Under the pieces are notes generated by a model that saw only the letters and a list, made by a program, of their open reading frames with translations, was not told where the DNA came from and did not search any database. Shown here one piece after another: positions 36,673 through 45,250 of a stretch of DNA of 64,000 bases (position 1 is the first letter of the stretch; every line of letters begins with the position of its first letter). The DNA comes from an uncultured bacterium (GTDB lineage Bacteria; Patescibacteriota; Saccharimonadia; Saccharimonadales; Saccharimonadaceae). A program made the translations under genes and the position numbers. The DNA lies in NCBI GenBank assembly GCA_966186595.1, contig CBIFWO010000003.1, forward strand, positions 306 to 64,305, in the 5' to 3' direction.

Positions 36673-36809
36673 ATCTTTGCTAGGGTATAAAAATGACTGT
36701 CCGTCTCGAACTTTTGGAGGGTTGTTTTCTGTGGAGATTGTGATGCAGTCCGGCCTCGATGTATCGGGGCGAACGGGGTACCGTAAAAGACCTCGCTCGC
36801 CCGGACTCG

Positions 36810-38021
36810 CTACAAGAGTCGTTCTATTGCAAGCTCGAAGGCTGCCTGGCGTAGGCTGATGCCTTTTGTTTTTGAACGAGCGATTATTTCCTTGGTAGCT
36901 TTTTGCAGCAAGTCTTCAAGCTTCGCGTTGACGTCCTCCTCAGTCCAGTGTTCGCCTGCGAGGTTTTGCTGCCATTCCAGACAAGAGACGATGACGCCAC
37001 CAGCGTTTGCGAGGATGTCGGGCAGCACAACAATACCTTTGACATCGAGTCGCTCCTCGGCGGCGCTACTGGTTGGGCCGTTGGCTAGCTCGACAATGAT
37101 CGAGGCCTGGACCTTGTCAACGTTGGCTTCGACGACGGCATCCTCCAGGGCGGCAAGTACAAGGATGTCTGCCTTAACACTGATAATGTCATCACTTGGA
37201 CGTGGTTCGATCTCGGCTAGATCGGCAAGCTCTTCGGGTCGCGGAGTGCCACCAGTTGTCATTTCGGCTTTCTCGACATCAATGCCTTCGGGGTTTACCC
37301 AGGTATTCTTGCTGTTACTGACGGCAATAAGTTTGATGTTTGGATACGCTTTTAGGACTTCTGCAAAGAAATACCCAACATTGCCGAACCCTTGAAGGGC
37401 GACAGTAAGAGGTTTGTCGATCAGTCCTTGGGACTTGAGATATTCAACAAGAGTGATGACACCACCGCGACCGGTTGCGGCTGCGCGTCCTTCAGAACCG
37501 CCGTTGGTCATGGATTTGCCGGTAAAGCTCCCCTTGTCATCCTTGCCGACGGTTTTTTCAAATTCATCCACCATCCAGTCGATGATCTGGGCATTTGTGT
37601 TAACGTCGGGGGCAGGGATGTCCTTGTCCGAGCCAATGTGCGGTGCAAGATGGCGAGCATAGCGGCGGGCAAGCTCCTCGACCTCAGCGGGCGAGAGTTC
37701 GCGTGGATCAACAGCAACACCACCTTTGCCGCCACCGAGTGGCAGGCCAACTGCAGCGGTTTTAAAACTCATAAGTGTTGCAAGGGCCCGCACTTCATCA
37801 ATACTCACCCCTGGGTGGAAACGGATTCCGCCTTTGAACGGACCAAGCTTGCTGCTGTGCTGTACGCGGTAGGCGGGATAGGCTTTACCAGCAACTTCAA
37901 TCTCAAAAATATGTTCGGCCTCGGCCTCTAGAAGGGCCTCGATGGTTTTTTCGTCGTGTCCAAGACTTTGGGCGGCTCGACGGATATGGGTTTGGGCAGT
38001 TGCTAGCATGGATTTACTCAT
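36810..38021 (-). CDS. gdh: Glu/Leu/Phe/Val-family amino-acid dehydrogenase (glutamate dehydrogenase-like)
   Basis: 403 aa. Catalytic motif GLPLGGGKGGVAVDP and Rossmann motif GFGNVG. Confidence 0.9.
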   Translation of the reverse strand: MSKSMLATAQTHIRRAAQSLGHDEKTIEALLEAEAEHIFEIEVAGKAYPAYRVQHSSKLGPFKGGIRFHPGVSIDEVRALATLMSFKTAAVGLPLGGGKGGVAVDPRELSPAEVEELARRYARHLAPHIGSDKDIPAPDVNTNAQIIDWMVDEFEKTVGKDDKGSFTGKSMTNGGSEGRAAATGRGGVITLVEYLKSQGLIDKPLTVALQGFGNVGYFFAEVLKAYPNIKLIAVSNSKNTWVNPEGIDVEKAEMTTGGTPRPEELADLAEIEPRPSDDIISVKADILVLAALEDAVVEANVDKVQASIIVELANGPTSSAAEERLDVKGIVVLPDILANAGGVIVSCLEWQQNLAGEHWTEEDVNAKLEDLLQKATKEIIARSKTKGISLRQAAFELAIERLL

Positions 38022-38081
38022 ATTATCCAGTATGCGCTGGTCGTTATCTTTTGGATAGTGTTAAATAGACATGATGTACAC

Positions 38082-38130
38082 AGGACATATGTAGCGTAGA
38101 ATAGACAACATGCAACACCATATATAGCGC
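38082..38130 (+). promoter_or_regulatory. NrdR-like box pair overlapping the pyrG promoter
   Basis: acaccatatatagcgc (38115..38130) is nearly identical to nrd box 29623..29638. A weaker box, aggacatatgtagcgt (38082..38097), lies 33 nt upstream. Extended -10 TGcTACAAT at 38146..38154. Confidence 0.5.
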
Positions 38131-38162
38131 TCGACCAAAAAAATGTGCTACAATGAAATCCC

Positions 38163-39758
38163 ATGGAGACGAGAAAAACCATGGGGGAAAAGCAAAAATA
38201 TATATTTGTAACTGGGGGTGTGCTCTCGGGGGTAGGAAAAGGCATCACCGCGGCCAGTATCGGTGCTGTACTAAAGGCCAAGGGTGCTGTCGTTTCGATT
38301 CAAAAGTGTGACCCGTATCTGAATGTAGATGCGGGCCTTTTGAATCCCAAGGAACATGGCGAGTGTTTTGTGACCAAGGACGGTGCTGAGACGGACCTGG
38401 ACCTGGGGCATTATGAGCGGTTTTTGGACATCGAACTCACCCAGCAATCGGCGACACTTTCTGGTCGCCTTCTCTCGGAACTGATTGCTGATGAGCGGGC
38501 GGGTAAATTTGGCGGCAAGACGGTGCAGCTCGTGCCGCATCTGACCCAGGCAATTCAGCGGGCCATTTACAAGGCGGGTGAGAAAAGCGATATTCACATT
38601 GTCGAGATCGGTGGGACGGTTGGCGATTACGAAGCCCTGAGTTTTGTTGAGGCTATTCGCGAATTTGCTCAGCGCGTAGGGCGCGAGAACTGTTTTTTTG
38701 TTCACGTTGTGTATGTGCCATTTCTAGGGACGAGCAAAGAATTTAAGACTAAGCCGGCGCAGAACGCCCTGGCAGATTTGCGTGGTTTTGGAATTGTGCC
38801 GGATAGCGTGATTGTGCGGACTGATTTTCCTGCGCCTGAGAGCGTCGCTGCGAAAGTAAGCCAATTTGGCGGCGTACCAGAAGAGAATGTCCTGACATTG
38901 CCGAATGCTGATACCGTGTATCGTGTTCCGCTTACAATCGCTGAGAGTGGCCTGCACGAGGCACTTTCCCATTTCTCAGGCCTCCGAAAAAAACCGGACC
39001 TCAGCATGTGGCAACGTTTGGTTGATGCACAATCTGACAACCCCAAAAAGACAGTGACGGTTGGCCTGGTTGCCAAGTATGTCGACAATGATGATACGTA
39101 TCTATCCGTCACCGAAGCGCTCAAGGCTGCAGCATGGGCAGAGCATGTTGGTCTGGAAATAAGGTGGATCAATGCCGAAAACGCATCGGAGGATGAGTTC
39201 GCTAAGGTTGATGCCCTCTTGGTGCCAGGCGGATTTGGTGAGCGCGGCATCGATGGCAAGATTGCCGCGGCCGACTATGCATTTACACATGACGTACCGT
39301 ATCTCGGTATTTGTTTAGGACTGCAAGTAGCGGTGATCGCCTCGGCGCGGCGCGGTGGCCTGAGCGGTGCGCACAGCGCAGAATTTAGTGATACGAAGCA
39401 TCCGGTTGTTTATCTAATGAATGGACAGGCGGGGAAGGAATCGACCGGTGGGACGCTGCGACTGGGAAATTATCCGGCGGTGCTTCAACCAGATTCTGTA
39501 GCTGCAAAAGTGTATAGGTCTGAGGGGATAATCGAACGTCATCGTCATCGTTATGAGGTGAACCAAAGATATACCCAGCAAATTCAAAAGGGCGGTCTTG
39601 TCATTAGCGGCACTTCTCCTGATGGTAAATTGGTAGAATACGTCGAGGCGCCAGACAAAAAATACTATATCGCCACGCAGGCGCACCCTGAATTTCGCAG
39701 TCGTCCAGCCAGATCACATCCGCTATTTAGCGGTCTTATTCGGGCAGCGGCGGCCTAG
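38163..39758 (+). CDS. pyrG: CTP synthase
   Basis: 531 aa (an alternative start is ATG 38181). KYIFVTGGVLSGVGKG N-terminus. Glutaminase domain with LGICLGLQ. Confidence 0.95.
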   Translation: METRKTMGEKQKYIFVTGGVLSGVGKGITAASIGAVLKAKGAVVSIQKCDPYLNVDAGLLNPKEHGECFVTKDGAETDLDLGHYERFLDIELTQQSATLSGRLLSELIADERAGKFGGKTVQLVPHLTQAIQRAIYKAGEKSDIHIVEIGGTVGDYEALSFVEAIREFAQRVGRENCFFVHVVYVPFLGTSKEFKTKPAQNALADLRGFGIVPDSVIVRTDFPAPESVAAKVSQFGGVPEENVLTLPNADTVYRVPLTIAESGLHEALSHFSGLRKKPDLSMWQRLVDAQSDNPKKTVTVGLVAKYVDNDDTYLSVTEALKAAAWAEHVGLEIRWINAENASEDEFAKVDALLVPGGFGERGIDGKIAAADYAFTHDVPYLGICLGLQVAVIASARRGGLSGAHSAEFSDTKHPVVYLMNGQAGKESTGGTLRLGNYPAVLQPDSVAAKVYRSEGIIERHRHRYEVNQRYTQQIQKGGLVISGTSPDGKLVEYVEAPDKKYYIATQAHPEFRSRPARSHPLFSGLIRAAAA

Positions 39759-39778
39759 CCTCTGGTATAATATCCCTA

Positions 39779-41407
39779 GTGGAAAAGAGAATCTCAGAAA
39801 TTATACGCAATCTTTACGAAGTCGAGGTAGACGTTGTCTTTTCTCGGCCCGAGCCCCAGTTTGGTGATTTTGCCACGAATGTGGCGCTGCAGCTGGCTGG
39901 GCGGCTAGGCAAAAATCCTCGAATGGTGGGTGAGGAAATTGCCGCGATGCTGCGTGAAGGGGGGAACTTTTCAGAGGTAAGTGTCGCCGGGCCGGGCTTT
40001 ATCAACATCCGCCTGGGTGATGAGGAGCTCTATAAATTAACCGACAAGTTGCCCACAAAGAAACGACAGGGGCAAAAGGTCGTCATCGAAACGAACAACC
40101 CAAATCCGTTCAAAGCAATGCATATCGGACATGCATTTAACGCGATTTTGGCCGATACCGTTGCGAACCTTCTGGAAAACGACGGGGCCGATCTGCACCG
40201 AGTTAGCTACCACGGCGATGTGGGCGCCCACGTCGGCAAGAGTATGTGGTCGCTGCTTCGCCATGTCAATGGTGACCCGGGCAAGCTAAGTCAGATTCCA
40301 CCAGAGGAGCGCAATACCTTTATGTCGCGAATGTACGCGGAGGGCGCAGCGGCCTACAAAGGGGACGAAACGGCAAAAGCCGAAATTGCGCTGCTTGCCG
40401 AGGAGTCGTTTGTACTCGGTGATCCGCTATATCGCGAAGTATATGAGACATGCAAAGCTTGGAGTTTTGATGAGATCGCCCACGTGACAAAACGCCTTGG
40501 CAACAAGCCGGTCGAGAAACGCTATGTCGAAAGCGAAGCTGACGCGCAAGGGGTAAAAACCGTCCAGGCCCATGTGGGTAAAGTATTTGTTCAGAGTGAC
40601 GGCGCGCTGGTGTTTCCAGGTAGTCAGTATGGATCGTTTGATAATGCCTTTGTGAGCGCTAAGGGTCGTGGGCTATACGGTGCGCGCGATCTTGGGCTGA
40701 TGCAGCGAAAAAACGACGACTATCACCCCGACAAAAGCTACATTCTGACGGCCGAGGAGCAACGAGATTATTTTAAAGGCGTGATCAAGGCGGCCGAACT
40801 ATGCTTGCCCGAGCTTCGTGATGTCACGGTCAATATTCCGCATGGGACGGTCAAGTTAACGACCGGCAAGATGAGCTCGCGGACCGGAGATGTCGTCGAG
40901 ATTGGTTGGCTGTTCGATCGAGTTGGTGAGGCAATCAAGGAGCGCGGCGGTGAGCCGTCGGACGAGCTGATCGCTGGGGCTCTTCGCTACCAATTCTTAA
41001 AAGTGAAAATTGGTTCTGACGTTGTCTTTGATATTAATGAAGCGGTGAGCCTGCATGGGAATAGTGGGTCGTATTTGCAATATGCGCATGCCCGTGCGAA
41101 TAGTATTTTGCAAAAGGCATCTGTCTCGGCCCAGGTATCCGCCGAATTCAACCCTTCGGAACGCGCCCTTGTTCGGAAGATGACGGAATATGCTGAGATC
41201 ATTGAAGTGGCGCAGCGCGAACTCTTGCCGCACCACATCTGCACCTATCTGTATGAGCTCGCCCAGGAATTCAATCGATTTTACGAAAATAACCAGGTGG
41301 TTGGCAGCGACCGCGAAGGTGAGCGGGTTGCACTTGTCGAGCGCTACGTACAAACACTAAGAGAAGGCCTGACCATCCTTGGTATTCAGGCACCGGAGAA
41401 AATGTAA
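39779..41407 (+). CDS. argS: arginine--tRNA ligase
   Basis: 542 aa, GTG start. HIGH-like motif NPFKAMHIGH. C-terminal anticodon-binding DALR-type domain. Confidence 0.92.
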   Translation: MEKRISEIIRNLYEVEVDVVFSRPEPQFGDFATNVALQLAGRLGKNPRMVGEEIAAMLREGGNFSEVSVAGPGFINIRLGDEELYKLTDKLPTKKRQGQKVVIETNNPNPFKAMHIGHAFNAILADTVANLLENDGADLHRVSYHGDVGAHVGKSMWSLLRHVNGDPGKLSQIPPEERNTFMSRMYAEGAAAYKGDETAKAEIALLAEESFVLGDPLYREVYETCKAWSFDEIAHVTKRLGNKPVEKRYVESEADAQGVKTVQAHVGKVFVQSDGALVFPGSQYGSFDNAFVSAKGRGLYGARDLGLMQRKNDDYHPDKSYILTAEEQRDYFKGVIKAAELCLPELRDVTVNIPHGTVKLTTGKMSSRTGDVVEIGWLFDRVGEAIKERGGEPSDELIAGALRYQFLKVKIGSDVVFDINEAVSLHGNSGSYLQYAHARANSILQKASVSAQVSAEFNPSERALVRKMTEYAEIIEVAQRELLPHHICTYLYELAQEFNRFYENNQVVGSDREGERVALVERYVQTLREGLTILGIQAPEKM

Positions 41408-42033
41408 TGACAGATTATGGAACAATGCGTCGCCACCTTGGGGTGCTTCCATTTGAACTTGTTATGATTGGGGGTGCATATGTCACCCTTTCACAGGGCA
41501 ACTGGAAGCATTTCGCTGCCTCGGTTTTTTCGCTTCTTGCGTGTTTTTTGCCGCTGCTTATCGAACGCATATGGAAGGTGAGATTACCAGCATTTCTTCA
41601 GATCGCGTTTGCTGGGTTTATTTTTGCCTCGTTGTTTTCGGGCGAGGTGCTCGACTTCTATAATCATATCTGGTGGTGGGATAATCTGCTGCATTTCCTC
41701 TCGAGTTTGTTTGTAGGGTTTGGGATTATGCTTTGGTTGACGCTGTTAGCAAAGAGGGTGAAGCCGTTCAAAATGCCACACTGGTTTAGTGCTGTCTTTG
41801 TTATGGCGGTGGCGTTGACTGTTACGATTGCGTGGGAGTTGGCAGAATTTGCGAGCGATGAATTGTTCGGGACATTCTCGCAGGGGGCGGATTTATTTGA
41901 TACGATGATGGATCTAGTGTATGAGTCGATCAGCGCGGTAATCGCGGCGGTAGTCTGGTGGTTGCACGTCAGCGGTAGGCGGGTGTGGATCGTCTCGCCA
42001 CTGATTGACCGGTTCAAAAAAGCCAACCCCTAG
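41407..42033 (+). CDS. hypothetical polytopic membrane protein (YjdF/DUF2238-like?)
   Basis: 208 aa with about 6 hydrophobic helices. The start overlaps the argS stop (TAATG). The family assignment is tentative. Confidence 0.6.
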   Translation: MTDYGTMRRHLGVLPFELVMIGGAYVTLSQGNWKHFAASVFSLLACFLPLLIERIWKVRLPAFLQIAFAGFIFASLFSGEVLDFYNHIWWWDNLLHFLSSLFVGFGIMLWLTLLAKRVKPFKMPHWFSAVFVMAVALTVTIAWELAEFASDELFGTFSQGADLFDTMMDLVYESISAVIAAVVWWLHVSGRRVWIVSPLIDRFKKANP

Positions 42034-42061
42034 TGGTATACTTGTCGCAAGAGGAGTTTTT

Positions 42062-42493
42062 ATGGCAAAAGTTTCAACCAAAACTACGAAAAAAACGGAG
42101 AAGGTAGCGCCCCCATCCAAGCCGCAGACGGTTATTACGAAAGCTGCTGCATTAAAGGACGGCGGGAGTCGGTACGTGAGCGGATTTATGGAATTTGTCC
42201 GCACTCAGGGTGTTGTCGGGCTAGCTGTTGGTCTGGTGCTCGGTGGGGCGGTGACGGTGGTGGTCAAATCGCTGATTGACAATATTGTGATGCCGCCGCT
42301 TGGATTTATCCTGGGATCAGCCGAAGGATTAAAAGGCCTCACGATCAACCTGGGAAAAACCGGCGGAGAGGATGCCATCTTGCACTATGGAGTTTTCCTC
42401 AACGATATCATTAATTTCATCGTGATTGCCTTGATTGTTTACCTGGTTGTTCATATTCTCGGTTTTGATAAGCTCGACAAGAAGAAGGCCTGA
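42062..42493 (+). CDS. mscL: large-conductance mechanosensitive channel MscL with basic N-terminal extension
   Basis: ATG 42062 follows GAGGAG. Core FVRTQGVVGLAVGLVLGGAV...IVMPPLG is typical of MscL. About 40 aa of K/T-rich N-terminal extension. Confidence 0.85.
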   Translation: MAKVSTKTTKKTEKVAPPSKPQTVITKAAALKDGGSRYVSGFMEFVRTQGVVGLAVGLVLGGAVTVVVKSLIDNIVMPPLGFILGSAEGLKGLTINLGKTGGEDAILHYGVFLNDIINFIVIALIVYLVVHILGFDKLDKKKA

Positions 42494-42497
42494 CCCT

Positions 42498-42887
42498 ATG
42501 AAGAAAAGTGAGGAAGCGTGGCGTCAGGTCCTCACCGCAGAACAGTTTGCAGTACTCCGCGAAAAGGCAACCGAAGCGCCTTTTAGTGGTGAATACGATG
42601 GGCTTTATGCTGATGGCGTGTATGCCTGCGCCGCCTGCGGTCAGGTGTTATTCGATAGCGCAACAAAATTCGACGCTCATTGTGGCTGGCCAAGTTTTTA
42701 TGATGCGCGACCGGGAAGTGTTGAATTTCACACCGACGAGTCACTGAACATGAAACGAGTGGAAGTTACCTGTGTAAATTGTGGGAGTCACTTGGGACAT
42801 GTCTTTGAAGGCGAGGGTTTTGACACCCCGACTGACAAGAGGTATTGTATCAATTCACTTAGTCTAAAATTTACTCCTGATAAATAA
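42498..42887 (+). CDS. msrB: peptide-methionine (R)-S-oxide reductase MsrB
   Basis: 129 aa from ATG 42498. CxxC pairs (CAACG, CVNCG) and CGWPSF ... RVEVTCVNCGSHLGHVF. Confidence 0.92.
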   Translation: MKKSEEAWRQVLTAEQFAVLREKATEAPFSGEYDGLYADGVYACAACGQVLFDSATKFDAHCGWPSFYDARPGSVEFHTDESLNMKRVEVTCVNCGSHLGHVFEGEGFDTPTDKRYCINSLSLKFTPDK

Positions 42888-42981
42888 AATTTGTCCGCTC
42901 CTGACGCAAAACTGCTTGATTGTATATACATATCATGCGTATACTTAGCTTAAGCGCAATCAACGAGAGGCTGTGAAGGAC

Positions 42982-43119
42982 ATGGGTGTCGACCCTAAGA
43001 TTCAGGCGGTCATCGATGCTGAGGCGGCTCTGGAGAGGGCAAAAGCGGCAGGAGAGTCCACCGCTGATGCACAGAAGCAATTCGATGCCGCCAACCAGGA
43101 TCTTCTGAAGAACGACTAG
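42982..43119 (+). CDS. GC-rich mini-ORF (45 aa, helical)
   Basis: TTGATT-N18-TATACT promoter-like motif and GAAGGA SD. Hand translation: MGVDPKIQAVIDAEAALERAKAAGESTADAQKQFDAANQDLLKND. Followed by a terminator. Confidence 0.4.
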   Translation: MGVDPKIQAVIDAEAALERAKAAGESTADAQKQFDAANQDLLKND

Positions 43120-43153
43120 TAGCTGCGGTCACCCCCTTTTTGATGGGCGCGCC

Positions 43154-43190
43154 GGCCGGGACTGCGAAAATTCCCGGCCCTTATCTTTTC
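43154..43190 (+). terminator. rho-independent terminator
   Basis: Stem ggccggga / tcccggcc with a 10-nt loop, followed by the T-rich cttatctttt. Confidence 0.65.
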
Positions 43191-43205
43191 TTGTATAATA
43201 CCTCT

Positions 43206-43745
43206 ATGAGCAAAAACGCCAAGGTGTTGTGGATTGACCTGGAAATGACAGGCCTCGATCCTCAAAAGGATAAAATCGTCGAGGTCGCGGCCGTCATGAC
43301 GGACTGGGATTTTAACGAAATTGCCGTGTTTGAAAGTGGTGTTGGCCAGGATGAAAAAACGATCAAGAGACGATTTGCGGCGAATGAATGGGCGATGAAT
43401 CGACCGGCTGAAACGCAGGAGCTTCTGGATCTCTCCCTCCGCAGCCCGGCATCGAAACAGGTCGAGGCCGAGCTTGTCGAGCTTGTAAAAACTCATTTTG
43501 ACACTGCAAAACCCGTACTGCTGGGCGGCAATTCAATTCATATGGATCGCCGTTTTATTATCGAAGAGTGGCCAGAGTTGGACAAATTGCTCCACTATCG
43601 AATGCTGGATGTCAGTGCGTGGAAGGTGGTGTTTGATGGACGCTATGGCAAAAAATTCGCCAAACCTGAAAACCACCGCGCGCTCGAGGACATTCGCGGC
43701 AGCATTATGGAACTAAAATATTATCTGAATAAAGTAACGAAATGA
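43206..43745 (+). CDS. orn: oligoribonuclease
   Basis: 179 aa from ATG 43206. DEDDh exonuclease motifs: WIDLEMTGLD, GNSIHMDRRFI, HRALEDI. Confidence 0.9.
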   Translation: MSKNAKVLWIDLEMTGLDPQKDKIVEVAAVMTDWDFNEIAVFESGVGQDEKTIKRRFAANEWAMNRPAETQELLDLSLRSPASKQVEAELVELVKTHFDTAKPVLLGGNSIHMDRRFIIEEWPELDKLLHYRMLDVSAWKVVFDGRYGKKFAKPENHRALEDIRGSIMELKYYLNKVTK

Positions 43746-44080
43746 CCCACAAAGAACTCGAAGAATACCTCTTAAAATTTCCCAATACCTGGCTGGATTT
43801 TCCTTTCGGCGAGGATGTATCGGTATACAAGGTTGGTGACAAGAAAACAGGCGAGGGCAAGATGTTTGCACTGATTGCCCAGGACAGCAAGCCGCTCCGC
43901 GTGAGTCTGAAATGCGATCCGACACTGGCGCAGCACCTCCGCGAAAAATACGAATCAGTGCTACCGGGCTACCATTTGAACAAAAAACATTGGAACACCA
44001 TTATTTGCAGCGGTCAGTTATCTGATCAGGAAGTAAAAGATCTGGCCAATCTCAGTTATCAATTGGTGGCGGGTGTTTAG
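43742..44080 (+). CDS. MmcQ/YjbR-family protein
   Basis: 112 aa. WLDFPFGEDVSVYKVGDKK..KMFALI and LKCDP blocks are typical of YjbR-like proteins. Confidence 0.7.
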   Translation: MTHKELEEYLLKFPNTWLDFPFGEDVSVYKVGDKKTGEGKMFALIAQDSKPLRVSLKCDPTLAQHLREKYESVLPGYHLNKKHWNTIICSGQLSDQEVKDLANLSYQLVAGV

Positions 44081-44691
44081 CTATTTGCCGCGTTAAATTC
44101 AGACAACTGCTTTTTAAACGGCTGCAGCCCTTGATCGGTTTTTGAGAGGAAGTCCTTTAGAGGTTTGTTATTTGAACCGTGATAGATGTCTGTCATCAGT
44201 GCTGTGACAGTTTCTAGCTGGAAGGTCATTTCACGGGCGTAGGTACGGTCAAAGATTGCGTTCAGGCGAGCATCTTCAAGTTTTTTGTTGAGTTGGTCAC
44301 CATTTTCCTTGGTGATAATAGTCTTGTCGAGTTTTTTGATATCAACACCATTTTTGCTAAAGGGTTCAGCAATATCGCGGTTTGTATTAGCGAGGTAGAG
44401 TGTTAGGGTGCTGTTCAGGCTGCGTAGCTCACCACTTTTGATCTTCTTTTGCGAATCGCCACTGACCTTTTGCAAGGTCTGGAGGCGCGCCGCGAGGGTC
44501 TGCATCTTTTGAACAGGGCCATTTCCACTGTTAGCGATAAAGAGAACAGCTATGATGACCAGAAGGATAACACCGCCAATGAGCGCAAAAACCCATTTGC
44601 TATTCATAGTTTGCTGTGATGGTTGAGATGAAATCTGATTAAGATAATCAATCGGGTATTGGTTTTGCGTTGGGTTTTGGTCGGGGTTCAT
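44077..44691 (-). CDS. hypothetical membrane-anchored protein
   Basis: 204 aa. Q/N-rich N-terminus, one TM (WVFALIGGVILLVIIAVLFI) and a helical ectodomain. Confidence 0.6.
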   Translation of the reverse strand: MNPDQNPTQNQYPIDYLNQISSQPSQQTMNSKWVFALIGGVILLVIIAVLFIANSGNGPVQKMQTLAARLQTLQKVSGDSQKKIKSGELRSLNSTLTLYLANTNRDIAEPFSKNGVDIKKLDKTIITKENGDQLNKKLEDARLNAIFDRTYAREMTFQLETVTALMTDIYHGSNNKPLKDFLSKTDQGLQPFKKQLSEFNAANS

Positions 44692-44734
44692 ATTGTTTCT
44701 ATTTAACCATATTCTTTATCTTAGAAAAAGCAAA

Positions 44735-44770
44735 CACCCCGCCTGGACCCAGAGGGCACCGGGTGGGGTG
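44735..44770 (-). terminator. rho-independent terminator of the GC-rich gene 44796..45146
   Basis: Minus strand: stem caccccacccgg / ccaggcggggtg (with G-U pairs) followed by tttgcttttt. Confidence 0.65.
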
Positions 44771-44795
44771 CCGCCTCGATGGGCAAGACGGGGTT

Positions 44796-45146
44796 CTAGT
44801 AGGTGCGGAGCGACAAGGGTGCCCGATCACTGAACCGGTTGGCCACGATCACGACCGAGAAGTCGTCCTGTCCACAATGGAACGTGACGCTGGCCACGGG
44901 GAAGTGCCGGTCGAATGCATCTTTGATGGCTTGACGCAGCTCGTCTCGCTTTTCCCGGCTCACCGGTAGACCGGTGAAGTCGTACGAGCCGTAGTGGTCG
45001 TCGCGCGGCCACTCCACACCGTTGACTTCCGTCTTGGCGTTGAGGGCGTAGTCGGCGAGTAGTAGCCCGATCATCCGTTGGGGTGATATGTACCGGACAG
45101 GGCCTTTGGCGTCGACAGTCTCCTCGACGTTTGGAGGCTCACTCAT
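44796..45146 (-). CDS. GC-rich hypothetical protein (116 aa)
   Basis: TTGACA-N16-TATGGT (45207..45180) and GGAGG 9 nt before the ATG, plus its own terminator. No recognisable family. Confidence 0.6.
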   Translation of the reverse strand: MSEPPNVEETVDAKGPVRYISPQRMIGLLLADYALNAKTEVNGVEWPRDDHYGSYDFTGLPVSREKRDELRQAIKDAFDRHFPVASVTFHCGQDDFSVVIVANRFSDRAPLSLRTY

Positions 45147-45250
45147 GGGAATCCCCTCCGCTCTCAGAGTGTTACACTAACCATATCATAGGAATAAATT
45201 ATGTCAATCTCACCTCTTTAATTACAGAGGTAAGATGTTATACTATAGAC

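Noticed and set aside
36673-36809. 137-nt spacer between convergent permease and gdh genes, with a long-range pairing (agtccgg ... ccggact); considered as a small RNA (SRP/4.5S-like)
   Set aside because: No conserved SRP, tmRNA, RNase P or riboswitch motifs are recognisable by eye. It is most simply a bidirectional terminator region. An Rfam scan would be needed to say more.
45083-45250. N-terminal extension of dnaG given by the ORF track (start 45083)
   Set aside because: The extension is the antisense of the GC-rich gene 44796..45146 plus AT-rich promoter DNA. DnaG homology starts at ATG 45251 ([18 protein letters not shown]).
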